IMG/VR virus record: IMGVR_UViG_2773857766_000003
Span: 1-64,000 of that record
Reading direction: 5' to 3' (one strand)
From: a virus
Lineage: Duplodnaviria > Caudoviricetes
DNA length: 64,000 nt
The position numbers were made by a program, and so were the translations under genes. Of the stretch, positions 1 through 8,263 are shown piece after piece (position 1 is the first letter of the stretch; each line of letters starts with the position of its first letter). The notes below the pieces were generated by a model. It saw only the letters and a program-made list of their open reading frames with translations. It did not search any database and was not told where the DNA came from.

Positions 1-1024
1 TCACCTCCACCGCTTGTGGGCCGCGATGATGTTCAGCGGGTAGCGTTCGCGCTTCTCGGACGACAGGCGGCCCAGCTCGCGTTCGTAGTCCAGGCCCGTC
101 AGCTTGTCCAGCTCGGCGAACTCGTCGCCGACGGGATCGGCATCACCGCCGCCGCCTGGCAGATCCGCCAGGTTGGTGACCACCGCACTGGCGTCAGGCT
201 TGCGCGTGGCAGGGGCTACTGCCGCCGGCTTCGCGGTGGCGATGCCATGCAGTGCAACCACGCGGCGGTGGCCTTCCTCCAGGAACCAGTGATACGGCTT
301 CGCGGCGTTCTCCGGCGCGGCAGCCAAGACCTTCAAGAACATGTCCAGGTCGGCCGCCTTCGCATGGTCCTTCGCGTAGTCCACCAGGCCCCAGCTCCGG
401 CTTCGTAGCGGCGTCGGCGGCTAACGTGTTGATGGCCGACAGCCATGCACCCGCCTCAGCCTGCTCCCGCATCTCGCTTGCCACCTGGGCCCGCGTCTTG
501 GCTTCGCGGAGATCCGCGCGTTGCTCCTGCAGCTCGTCCAACTTGCCGTGGTATTCGGCGGCGTCCACCGCGCCGTCGTCGAACTTCGTGCGCAGGTCCG
601 TCAGCGCGGCCTTGTTCGCGGCCACCTGTGCGTCGTAATCCGCGGGCAGTTCGGCCATGTAGGTGGGATGCGGTGCGGGAGCCGGTGCGGGCCGGGCGCC
701 GACGGTTGCCGCACCACCCTCGGCGGACGCAGGCGCTGCAGCAGGTGCAGACGCGTCAGCCTCCGCGGCCGCAGGGGCCGGTACTGGCGAAGGGGCTGCG
801 GCCTGGGCAGGAGCAGTTGCAGGCGCAGGTGCGGGCGCGGCAGTGCGGCCCTTCTTATCGTCGCCCCTCGCCTCGTCGTCTTCCTCCTCGTCGTCCAGAT
901 CGCCGCGGCCAATCTCACGCATCGCGGCCGCGTTGTGTTCGTCGGCGTCGTAGTCGTCCTCGGCCATGACGACCAGCTCTTCGGGGCTCAGCAGGCGCTG
1001 GCGATCTTCATCGGTTGTGCTCAC
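1..1024 (-). pseudogene. Frameshifted second copy of the phage scaffolding protein gene (remnant of a related tailed prophage)
   Basis: ORFs 194..1024 and 1..384 together align with 51456..52442. CAGGCCCCAGCT at ~385-396 has one more C than CAGGCCCAGCT in the intact copy. Similarity ends near position 40 (ERYPLN vs ERYLRG). Confidence 0.85.
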
Positions 1025-1055
1025 GGTTTCATCCTGTCGTGGTTATGACCGGACA

Positions 1056-1075
1056 AATTTGGCAAGCTTGGTACG
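1056..1075 (-). promoter_or_regulatory. Late-promoter-like motif copy (CGTACCAAGCTTGCCAAATT)
   Basis: Matches the motif found eight more times upstream of structural genes in 32634-61281. Confidence 0.65.
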
Positions 1076-1230
1076 ACGCTGGGCACAGCCGGCCGGACTT
1101 TTTCTTCAACAACTGACGGTGGGTATGGTGAGCCAGAACCGTGTCCAACTCATAAATAGGCCAGCGTGAGACGGCGTGTGACCTCACCTCCCGATGGAGG
1201 ACACCAGAAATGGGAACAATCTGCCCAAAG

Positions 1231-1710
1231 CTAGTAGATCGAAAATTTGGGGAGCGTCTTTTTATGTCGTTCCGCGGTCGCGGCTAGTTGATCAATCAAC
1301 GCAATATAATCACCTCTCTTTTTCATAGAAGCGAAATTTGAAATAATATCCAAGCGATCCTTTTCCGACATCGCCGGCGCTGCGATTGCGAACGATTGAT
1401 TGAAATGACCTATTACGCGATTCACATACAGCATCCGCTGAAAAAGAATGAGATTGATAAATCCCGCGATAAATAGCAATGCAGTCAAAACCATTAGCAC
1501 TCTTTTATGCAAGGCAACTGTTTTTATCAGTACGGGGTCATCCGGAGACATGTTTCCGTACAACTTGGAAGCGCGATTTTTGCCCATCGTGTACGAAATA
1601 AAATAGCCTGGAACGGCAACAATTACGGACCATAGCAAAATTAAAGTATTCGCGCTTGCTTTCTCATAGAGACCTTGCGCTGCATCTTCATAGATTGCAT
1701 TTCTAAAGTG
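1231..1710 (-). pseudogene. Low-GC membrane protein gene (moron), probably 5'-truncated by inovirus 1
   Basis: The frame stays open upstream of the called TTG at 1638 (FRNAIYEDAAQGLYEKASANTLILLWSVIV...) with no ATG until it runs into the inovirus repressor 3' end. Two hydrophobic segments; AT-rich. Confidence 0.55.
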
Positions 1711-2005
1711 ATCTGAGCTTTTCCATGCGTTTCAGTGCTGCTTCCAAGGCTACTTTTGCTCGTTGGCCCTTCGGCGTTTCCAGGTTGATGCCTTCCAGCA
1801 CTGCTTCTACTGCTGCTACTGCTGCGTCTTCGCCTGCCACCGATGCCAGCGCGGCGCGGTCTGGTGCTGAGCATGGGCGTTTGCCACTCTTCCATGCGGC
1901 GATGGTCGGCTGTTGCATGCCCAAAAGCTGAGCAAGCTTGTATTCGCTTCCCGCTATCGAAGCGGCTTTCTCGATTAGGGAATTCAATTGGGTCATGCTT
2001 AGCAC
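1703..2005 (-). CDS. Inovirus HTH repressor (start may be the ATG at 1996)
   Basis: Cro/CI-type HTH (SEYKLAQLLGMQQPTIAAWKSGKRP), divergent from the phage operon, similar to 20732..21064. Confidence 0.85.
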   Translation of the reverse strand: MLSMTQLNSLIEKAASIAGSEYKLAQLLGMQQPTIAAWKSGKRPCSAPDRAALASVAGEDAAVAAVEAVLEGINLETPKGQRAKVALEAALKRMEKLRSL

Positions 2006-2059
2006 TCCTGCTATTATTGTGGCTAGTTAGCAATGTTGCTATGTATCGCAACCGTGCTA
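2000..2059. promoter_or_regulatory. Three palindromic operators TAGCA-N4-TGCTA between repressor and early operon
   Basis: TAGCACTCCTGCTA 2000-2013, TAGCAATGTTGCTA 2028-2041, TCGCAACCGTGCTA 2046-2059. Confidence 0.7.
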
Positions 2060-2086
2060 ACGCCACTTTATCACCATGGAGCCACC

Positions 2087-2476
2087 CATGCCAGCACAAC
2101 AAATGGTCTTGCCGTCAGCCGAAGAGGCTGCAATCGAGCGCTCACTGTGTGATCTTTTCGATGCCGATCCATCCGATGGTGAACGCTTCGATCATGAGGC
2201 CGCAAGCTGCCGCGTCTGGATTGCCGCTCTCTTGAAGTCGCCGGGCTGTCCCGAGCATGTCCGTGAGGGTTTGTTGCTTTCGCTGGGTGTACCCCTGGCG
2301 CATGTCTTGCCCGAGTTTGAAGGCGGTAGCGTAGGCCTTCCGGGTCTCGATTTCTTCGGAGGCGCCGCTGTCTGCGATGCGCTGGTCAGCGGCTTTGAGA
2401 AAGTCGTCTTGGGCGGTCATGGTTCTGGTCCTGTGAAGGGGGCTTAAATCATGCCAGCACAACAAATGGTCTTGCC
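2087..2476 (+). repeat. 27-bp direct repeat CATGCCAGCACAACAAATGGTCTTGCC at 2087-2113 and 2450-2476
   Basis: Read directly; gives two consecutive ORFs the same MPAQQMVLP N-terminus. Confidence 0.9.
2142..2420 (-). CDS. Hypothetical 92-aa helical protein nested antisense in ORF 2088..2447
   Basis: ATG at 2420 with AGGA upstream; MTAQDDFLKAADQRIADSG... has more protein-like composition than the + frame. Confidence 0.5.
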   Translation of the reverse strand: MTAQDDFLKAADQRIADSGASEEIETRKAYATAFKLGQDMRQGYTQRKQQTLTDMLGTARRLQESGNPDAAACGLMIEAFTIGWIGIEKITQ

Positions 2477-2897
2477 CGCAGTCGTAGAGGCTGACGCGGC
2501 CAACGATTGCAGCCCCTCCATCCATGCGGACCTCACCCCCCGCGTGGCCCTGGTGGCTCAGGGTGGCGGGGGCTGCATTCGTCACTTGAATGACGAGTCC
2601 CTGCCCGATGAGGCAGCGCGCGATTTCCGCGCACAGGTGGATGCCGCCAAAAAGCGCGTGGGCCGTCCCCGCAAATACGCATCCGATGCCGACCGCAAGG
2701 CCGCGTATCGCGCCGGCAAGGCCCGCATCGACTACACCGACAAGCCCGAAATCAAGGCCACGATTTCGAAGCTCGCCGAGCAGTTCGAAGTGGGCGAAAA
2801 CGAAGTGCTGCAGGAGCTGGTCCGGTTCGCGCTGTGCAACCGTGATTGGGCGCGCATGGGATTCGCGGCAAGGCGTGTTGACGGGGTGCTGCAATGA
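2451..2897 (+). CDS. Hypothetical inovirus early protein, probably DNA-binding
   Basis: GRPRKYASDADRKAAYR motif; stop overlaps next ATG (ATGA). Confidence 0.65.
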   Translation: MPAQQMVLPAVVEADAANDCSPSIHADLTPRVALVAQGGGGCIRHLNDESLPDEAARDFRAQVDAAKKRVGRPRKYASDADRKAAYRAGKARIDYTDKPEIKATISKLAEQFEVGENEVLQELVRFALCNRDWARMGFAARRVDGVLQ

Positions 2898-3046
2898 CCG
2901 CCGTCGTTTTGCCTTCGGGCTGGTATGGATACCTGGGCGCTCGCCGAGTCCTTCGGCTGCACCTGTCGGGCGAATTGCACGGTCGGCCCCAGCCCTACGG
3001 GGTAATGGTGTATGTCGCTATGAACTTGATCGGGTACGGCGTATGA
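2894..3046 (+). CDS. Small hypothetical protein (50 aa, MTAVVLPSGWYGYLG...)
   Basis: Translated by hand; ATGA overlaps with both neighbours. Confidence 0.55.
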   Translation: MTAVVLPSGWYGYLGARRVLRLHLSGELHGRPQPYGVMVYVAMNLIGYGV

Positions 3047-3258
3047 GTCCCGAAGAAATCCGCGATCTGCCCTACCGCGCACGTAGGGCCATTTCTGCCC
3101 CGGTCCCGAAATCCGTATTGGACGGATCGAAGGCCGCGATAGCTGAATACAAGGCATGCGCTGCAGCCTGCAGCACGTATCTCCGCACGGGCCACCAGCC
3201 GGAGCGCGCTCGCGCCCGCGTCAAGGTCCTGGAGCGTATGCAGGGGGTGGAGTCGTGA
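3043..3258 (+). CDS. Hypothetical protein (71 aa, MSPEEIRDLPY...)
   Basis: ATGA/GTGA coupling to neighbours. Confidence 0.6.
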   Translation: MSPEEIRDLPYRARRAISAPVPKSVLDGSKAAIAEYKACAAACSTYLRTGHQPERARARVKVLERMQGVES

Positions 3259-3419
3259 TTTCTTTCACCTCTGTCTGCATTGGTGCTGTGTTCATGTCGT
3301 CTGCGCTCGTCGGCCGGATGTTCGCTGACCATGGCCTTGCCCCCCAAGGCCCTTGGGGGCTGCTCTATGCCATCGGCTTCATGGTGCTGCTGCTGGCGCT
3401 GATCGGCCGTTCGCTGTGA
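3255..3419 (+). CDS. Small two-TM membrane protein
   Basis: GTG start after GGAG; two hydrophobic stretches. Confidence 0.55.
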   Translation: MISFTSVCIGAVFMSSALVGRMFADHGLAPQGPWGLLYAIGFMVLLLALIGRSL

Positions 3420-3719
3420 AGCACATCCTGGCCCACTTGGCGCGCGCCCTTGCCGCCCCCCTTCCTGGAGACAAACCGGGGACCCGCATGGAGGCCTTGT
3501 GCCGACTCTGCGGGGCTGGGGGTATGGGGGTGCATACCCCCCATGTCGCCCTACGTGCAACCCGTGCCCCGCGCCATGTTGGCGGTCCTGAGTGCCCCCC
3601 CGCGCCCTTCCGTCCGCAAAACGCTGCCGCATGGCTTGCTATCGCCTCGTTCTGTGATGCCGAGCCCTGGCGCGACCTGTACGTGCACGGCCGCACGGTA
3701 GGTATGCGCGCAGCGCGCT

Positions 3720-3801
3720 GCGCGGAGGGGGCCCCGCTTGCGGGGGAGGCTTCCGCGCACGCGGCAGGGGCGCAAGCCCTCCCCGTTGGTAATCACGGGG
3801 A
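3720..3801 (+). promoter_or_regulatory. Putative rolling-circle origin hairpins of inovirus 1
   Basis: TCCCCGT-TGGTAATC-ACGGGGA stem-loop at 3780-3801 plus a GC-rich branched hairpin at 3720-3758, just upstream of rep; counterpart at 19344-19420. Confidence 0.6.
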
Positions 3802-3852
3802 TAACGATAAAGGGCACCCGTCTTCATTTGTACTAGAACAAAAAGGTTTTGT

Positions 3853-5115
3853 ATGACGCACCCAGTTGGTACAAATGTGAACAAGCATGCAAAAGGCCAT
3901 GCTGGTGCATGTAGCTTGGTCCTCGATGGAAATCAGGTCAAAGCTCGGTTGATTGCAGAGCGCATTGAAAGCGGCGTCCCTGTCCATGTGGATTGGGTCC
4001 GTTTCACGGTCAACCTTCGCAATGCACCTATGCCATCGGTAGACGTGCTTTTTCCCGAAGAGGACGTGGAGCCGTTGAGCGTTTGGGACCGTGATGAGCG
4101 CACTGTCCGTATCCAGCGCTTGCGCAAGGTTTTGCGCTTCATTCCCGATGTGGATTTTTCGCCCAGCGTGCAGGCGTTTGAGCTTGCTGAGCGCGTTGCT
4201 GAGTGCCTTGGCGGTGATTTCGTCGTCCATCCGGAGGTTCGCAAAGGCCATGATTTCTATCGCTGCCGGTGGTCGATTGAGCGCAATGGCGCCGAAGTCG
4301 GATGGGTTGGATTCCTCGCGTCCGGCGATGGTCCTCGCCAACAGGCACAGGCGAAAACGATTCACTGCAACGTCTACGGGTCAGCCTGTACGTTCGCCAG
4401 AAGCGGATGGCGTGATCACCTCGCTAACGTGGTTGATGAGGCAAAGGGCTGGCTGACGCGCATTGATTTGGCCCTCGATTTTTTCGACGGATTGAACGGT
4501 GGCATGGAGCGCGTCAAGGCGGACTATGAAGCGGGCTTGTGCGACGTCGGGGGGCGTCGTCTCAAGTGCAACATGGTCGGCGACTGGTGCGGCGGCAAGG
4601 CCCGTTCGTTCTATGTCGGCACCAAAGAGGTCGGCAAGCAGACCAACGTGTACGAAAAGGGTCATCAGCTCTTTGGCGATGCAGATACATCTGCCTGGAT
4701 ACGCGCCGAACTACGGTGGGGCAATAAGGCCCGGTTCCTGCCTACCGACATGCTGCGCCGTCCGGCCGATTTCTTCCATGGTGCCAGCGACTGGCATGCG
4801 TCCCTTCTCAGGGAGGCGGAAGCAATTTCGTTCCCGGAGACAGTTTCCTGTGAAGCGAAGCGGCAGATTGAAACCGTGGAAGGTGAAGCAGTGCGCAATG
4901 TGCGCTGGCTCCGTGAAGTGGCTGCGCCGAGTCTCGCCCTTGCATTCCAGCACCTCGATTTCGAGCATTTCCTCGAACTCGTGTGCAACAAAAAGGCCCC
5001 TGGCCGTCTGCAGAAATTCAGCGAAGCGGAGATTGCGCGCGCCTATGACCGCGCGTTCCTGCGGTCCTCAACCAAAAACCCAAAGAGCGCGGACGTTGGC
5101 CACGTCTTGGCATAG
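3853..5115 (+). CDS. Rep_trans-family rolling-circle replication initiator
   Basis: VDWVRFT, TRIDLALD, SFYVG, VYEKG, WIRAELR motifs. Confidence 0.92.
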   Translation: MTHPVGTNVNKHAKGHAGACSLVLDGNQVKARLIAERIESGVPVHVDWVRFTVNLRNAPMPSVDVLFPEEDVEPLSVWDRDERTVRIQRLRKVLRFIPDVDFSPSVQAFELAERVAECLGGDFVVHPEVRKGHDFYRCRWSIERNGAEVGWVGFLASGDGPRQQAQAKTIHCNVYGSACTFARSGWRDHLANVVDEAKGWLTRIDLALDFFDGLNGGMERVKADYEAGLCDVGGRRLKCNMVGDWCGGKARSFYVGTKEVGKQTNVYEKGHQLFGDADTSAWIRAELRWGNKARFLPTDMLRRPADFFHGASDWHASLLREAEAISFPETVSCEAKRQIETVEGEAVRNVRWLREVAAPSLALAFQHLDFEHFLELVCNKKAPGRLQKFSEAEIARAYDRAFLRSSTKNPKSADVGHVLA

Positions 5116-5145
5116 CTCTCAACAAAAGGCCATGAAGGAAAAGTT

Positions 5146-5463
5146 ATGAAGTTCGATACCGAAGTCGTGGTCCATGGCGTCAAGGAAAGCGAAGGGACCA
5201 TCGAAGGCCGCGCCTACAGCAGCACCACTTTCCACTGCGAGGTGGACCTGAGCGAAAACAGTGCTGGCCGCAGCATCGGCCGTGCGACACGCCCTTTCAA
5301 GCTGGGCGATGCTGCCGAGTTCAACAAATGGGCGCACCTGGGCGCATCCCTGCCCATCAAGGCTGTGGCCACATTCGAAATGGCTGCTGGCGCGCAGGAC
5401 GCGACCAAGCTGAAACTGGTGGCCATCCGGCCCGTCGAGCGGGCACCCGCAAAGGCGGCCTGA
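5146..5463 (+). CDS. Single-stranded DNA-binding protein (pV-like)
   Basis: ~100 aa, beta-rich, directly after rep; AAGGA RBS. Confidence 0.75.
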   Translation: MKFDTEVVVHGVKESEGTIEGRAYSSTTFHCEVDLSENSAGRSIGRATRPFKLGDAAEFNKWAHLGASLPIKAVATFEMAAGAQDATKLKLVAIRPVERAPAKAA

Positions 5464-5464
5464 C

Positions 5465-5665
5465 ATGTACGTCATCCAGTCCGCGACAACGGGGGCGTTC
5501 CTCGCTCCTTCCGGAAACGGGGAGCCGGAATGGGTGATCGCGCTGTGGGATGCCGGCTCTGTCGAAGACCTCGATGACTGTGCCCAGCTCATCGAAGACA
5601 ACGCTGAGCCGTGGCACAGAGCGCAGGTGGTGGACCTGATCAACCTCCGGAGGGTATCCGGGTAA
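5465..5665 (+). CDS. Hypothetical inovirus protein
   Basis: 66-aa ORF tightly packed in the operon. Confidence 0.65.
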   Translation: MYVIQSATTGAFLAPSGNGEPEWVIALWDAGSVEDLDDCAQLIEDNAEPWHRAQVVDLINLRRVSG

Positions 5666-5720
5666 CGGCAATTTCGTTCCCGGCGCCTATTTTTCAACCT
5701 ATGTATAGACAGGTATAGAC

Positions 5721-5858
5721 ATGGAAGATTGCGAATGCAGCCAATGCGGCCATACCGGCCCGATCGAAGAGTTTTACCCGGATCACACGGAAGGGGACGA
5801 CTGGCTGGTGTGCCCCGAATGTGGCTCTGGCGGGATGGCTGACGATTTCCAGGGCTGA
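5721..5858 (+). CDS. 45-aa acidic zinc-ribbon protein (not in the ORF track)
   Basis: MEDCECSQCGHTGPIEEF...DWLVCPECGSGGMADDFQG; homolog at 17891..18037. Confidence 0.8.
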   Translation: MEDCECSQCGHTGPIEEFYPDHTEGDDWLVCPECGSGGMADDFQG

Positions 5859-5860
5859 AT

Positions 5861-6073
5861 ATGCGCCTCCTGGTGTGCCTGACGGATGCGAATCCATGCC
5901 CTGTTTCCGATCAGGCATGGGTTTCCTTGGGCGAGTTAATCGACCCTAACACCCTGGGTTTAACACCTGAAATGGTGGCAAAAGCCTTGGCAGTCGGTTT
6001 CGCATTCGTTGTGGGGTCTTATCTGCTTGGCTGGGGTATCGGACTGGCTAAGGGGATGGTGCGGAAAGTATGA
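5861..6073 (+). CDS. Minor coat protein (pVII/pIX-like)
   Basis: One C-terminal TM helix, precedes the major coat; homolog at 17676..17888. Confidence 0.75.
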   Translation: MRLLVCLTDANPCPVSDQAWVSLGELIDPNTLGLTPEMVAKALAVGFAFVVGSYLLGWGIGLAKGMVRKV

Positions 6074-6139
6074 GTCGTTAGCGTTGAGCCCTTCGGCTCA
6101 CCGCTGCCGATTTTGGTAGCTTTTTTCAGAAAGAAAACT

Positions 6140-6382
6140 ATGTTCTCTCAAACTCGTTCCGTCGCCCGTAAGTTCGGCGCCAAGATCGCTGTCGCAGCAA
6201 TGTCCCTGGGCGCCATGACGATGGCCCGTGCTGCGGACGCCGACCCCATCTCGCAAATGATGGACGCGGTCAACCTTTCCGGCGTCTCGGCGAAGGTGGT
6301 GGCGTGCGGCCTCCTCATCGTCGGCATCGCGCTCGCTTTCAAGGGGCCGGACCTCGGCAAGCGCGTGGTGAAGAAGGTCTAA
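6140..6382 (+). CDS. Major coat protein pVIII with signal peptide
   Basis: Signal peptide ending ARA, acidic N-terminus, TM helix, basic C-terminus (KRVVKKV). Confidence 0.9.
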   Translation: MFSQTRSVARKFGAKIAVAAMSLGAMTMARAADADPISQMMDAVNLSGVSAKVVACGLLIVGIALAFKGPDLGKRVVKKV

Positions 6383-6388
6383 ACGGCC

Positions 6389-6487
6389 ATGGCAATTGCC
6401 GCCCTTGTCGCCCTTACTGTGGCCTTATTGGTCTTGCTGGGCGCCATGGGCGGCGCCTGTTTTGTTGCTGGTATGAGGTCAGTTTAA
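6389..6487 (+). CDS. 32-aa hydrophobic minor coat protein (not in the ORF track)
   Basis: MAIAALVALTVALLVLLGAMGGACFVAGMRSV; counterpart of equal length at 17347..17445. Confidence 0.7.
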   Translation: MAIAALVALTVALLVLLGAMGGACFVAGMRSV

Positions 6488-6489
6488 TT

Positions 6490-7926
6490 ATGCGCAAGCT
6501 ATTGATTTTCTCTCTGCTGGCAGCGTCGTCTTCTGCTTTTGCTTCGTCGTCTGGTAGTCCTGGCGGTGCTGCCGCTTGGGACGCTTTTATGGGGCGCGTC
6601 GTAGGTAATCAGACTACCGTCACTTTCGGTACTGGCGGTCAGCCACTTGTCACCAGTTCTGCGGGGCTTGGAAACCCTGCTATTGGGAATATGGCAGTTT
6701 CTCGATCTGCTGCCGGTTTGTCCGTTGCTGGAAATGTCCGGGTGCCCCTTGGCGATACTGGTAGGGCTGTCGGTGCAGTTGCTCGTGCTCCGATTGCCAG
6801 GGCTGCATTTCTCCGTGGTCTAGGTGCTGTCGCATCTAGTTATCCTGCAGCTATGGCGCTAGCAGTGGCCGCTCCTGCAATTATTGATTGGCTGGGCGCT
6901 GGTGGCGTATCTATAAACCCCAATGAAGCCGATTATCCTGGGAGGCCTTTTTTGGTGCCAAAGGAGCGTGAGGCCGACGGCTGGGATTACAGGCTTTCTA
7001 ATTCAAATAGCCCATGGTTTCCCACCAAATCAAAGGCCTGTCAATGGTGGGCCGATGAGTCCAACAAAAACCCTGGTAATCCGCGAGTGACTTCCTCGAT
7101 TGGTGGAAGTTATTGCGTAAACACCAGTTCTTATGGTTCGGACTATAAGCAGTGGGAGCGTCGTGCGTCTAGCAGCACTACTGTTGAAATGATGCCTGCT
7201 AGTTTAGATGATATTGCTCCGTATATGGATGCTCCGGATGCCCCATGGCCTACCCCTCAGGCTGTTGAGCAAGCGGTGACGAAGGCTGGTATTGATCCTT
7301 TTGGCGCTCAGGAGCCAGAAGTTAAGGTTTCTGGTCCTGATACTGTGCCCGGCGCTAAATCACAGACATCTACTCAGGTGCGTGTGCATCCGGGCACTAC
7401 TACTGAGGTTGCTCCGGGTACTACTACTGAGACTCAGCCCGCGACTAAGACAGTTACTAGTCAAACAAATCATAAGGTAACTTATAATAATAATGTAGTT
7501 AATTATACTACTAATGTTAATAATACAACCACAATAACAAATAATGTAACTGGTCAGACAGACACTACAACGGATAGCACAGATCACGAAGATGACGCAA
7601 AGCCAGAAGAGCCCGCTACAGATACTCCGCTTGGCCCTCTCCCGAAATTATATGAGCGCAAATATCCGGAAGGCATGACTGGAATTTGGGCGAAGAAAAA
7701 AGATCAGCTAAAGCAAACCAGTTTGGTTACATTCGTAAATCAAATAATGCCAACTGGCTTTGTTTCTGGCTCTTGTCCATCATGGCAGTTGGATTTGTCT
7801 ATGGCTCAATGGGCGGATATGGGCGTTCATGAGGTTGCGCCTCCGTGCTGGATTTGGCCTGCAGCAAAAGCGATTTTGATTGTTTCCGCGCTCATTCTTG
7901 CTCGTGCTTTGATCTTCGGGGGGTGA
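6490..7926 (+). CDS. Adsorption protein pIII-like
   Basis: Signal peptide (..SSSAFA), T/N-rich linker, C-terminal anchor ARALIFGG shared with 15990..17354. Confidence 0.85.
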   Translation: MRKLLIFSLLAASSSAFASSSGSPGGAAAWDAFMGRVVGNQTTVTFGTGGQPLVTSSAGLGNPAIGNMAVSRSAAGLSVAGNVRVPLGDTGRAVGAVARAPIARAAFLRGLGAVASSYPAAMALAVAAPAIIDWLGAGGVSINPNEADYPGRPFLVPKEREADGWDYRLSNSNSPWFPTKSKACQWWADESNKNPGNPRVTSSIGGSYCVNTSSYGSDYKQWERRASSSTTVEMMPASLDDIAPYMDAPDAPWPTPQAVEQAVTKAGIDPFGAQEPEVKVSGPDTVPGAKSQTSTQVRVHPGTTTEVAPGTTTETQPATKTVTSQTNHKVTYNNNVVNYTTNVNNTTTITNNVTGQTDTTTDSTDHEDDAKPEEPATDTPLGPLPKLYERKYPEGMTGIWAKKKDQLKQTSLVTFVNQIMPTGFVSGSCPSWQLDLSMAQWADMGVHEVAPPCWIWPAAKAILIVSALILARALIFGG

Positions 7927-7927
7927 T

Positions 7928-8263
7928 ATGGGTCAATTCTTTACCGCGCTATTTTCAAAAATAGCTGCAGTCGTTGAGTGGTTTGGAAAGTTATTTGTAT
8001 CAATTTTTGTAGCCCTTTGGGATTTGGTGCGAGATGCGTTTTGCTGGCCGTTTGATCAAGTAACTGATATTGCCGTTTCGGCGGTGTCGTCAGTGGACTT
8101 GACAGGCTTGAGTGAGCATGTGGGCGCATGGTCCACGTTGCCAGCAGAGATAATTAATATACTTGGATTATTGGGCGTTGGCACTGCGGCATCCATTATC
8201 GTCGCTGCGATTATTATTCGCATTGGCTTACAGCTAATCCCCTTCGTGAGGCTTGGATCATGA
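7928..8263 (+). CDS. Minor coat protein pVI-like
   Basis: Hydrophobic, ends LQLIPFVRLGS, ATGA overlap with zot. Confidence 0.85.
   Translation: MGQFFTALFSKIAAVVEWFGKLFVSIFVALWDLVRDAFCWPFDQVTDIAVSAVSSVDLTGLSEHVGAWSTLPAEIINILGLLGVGTAASIIVAAIIIRIGLQLIPFVRLGS

Noticed and set aside
1-40. IS terminal repeat at the scaffold breakpoint
   Set aside because: Only 40 bp are visible and there is no partner end; it cannot be supported.
1690-1730. XerCD dif site at the inovirus 1 boundary
   Set aside because: No TTATGTTAAAT-like XerD arm is present.
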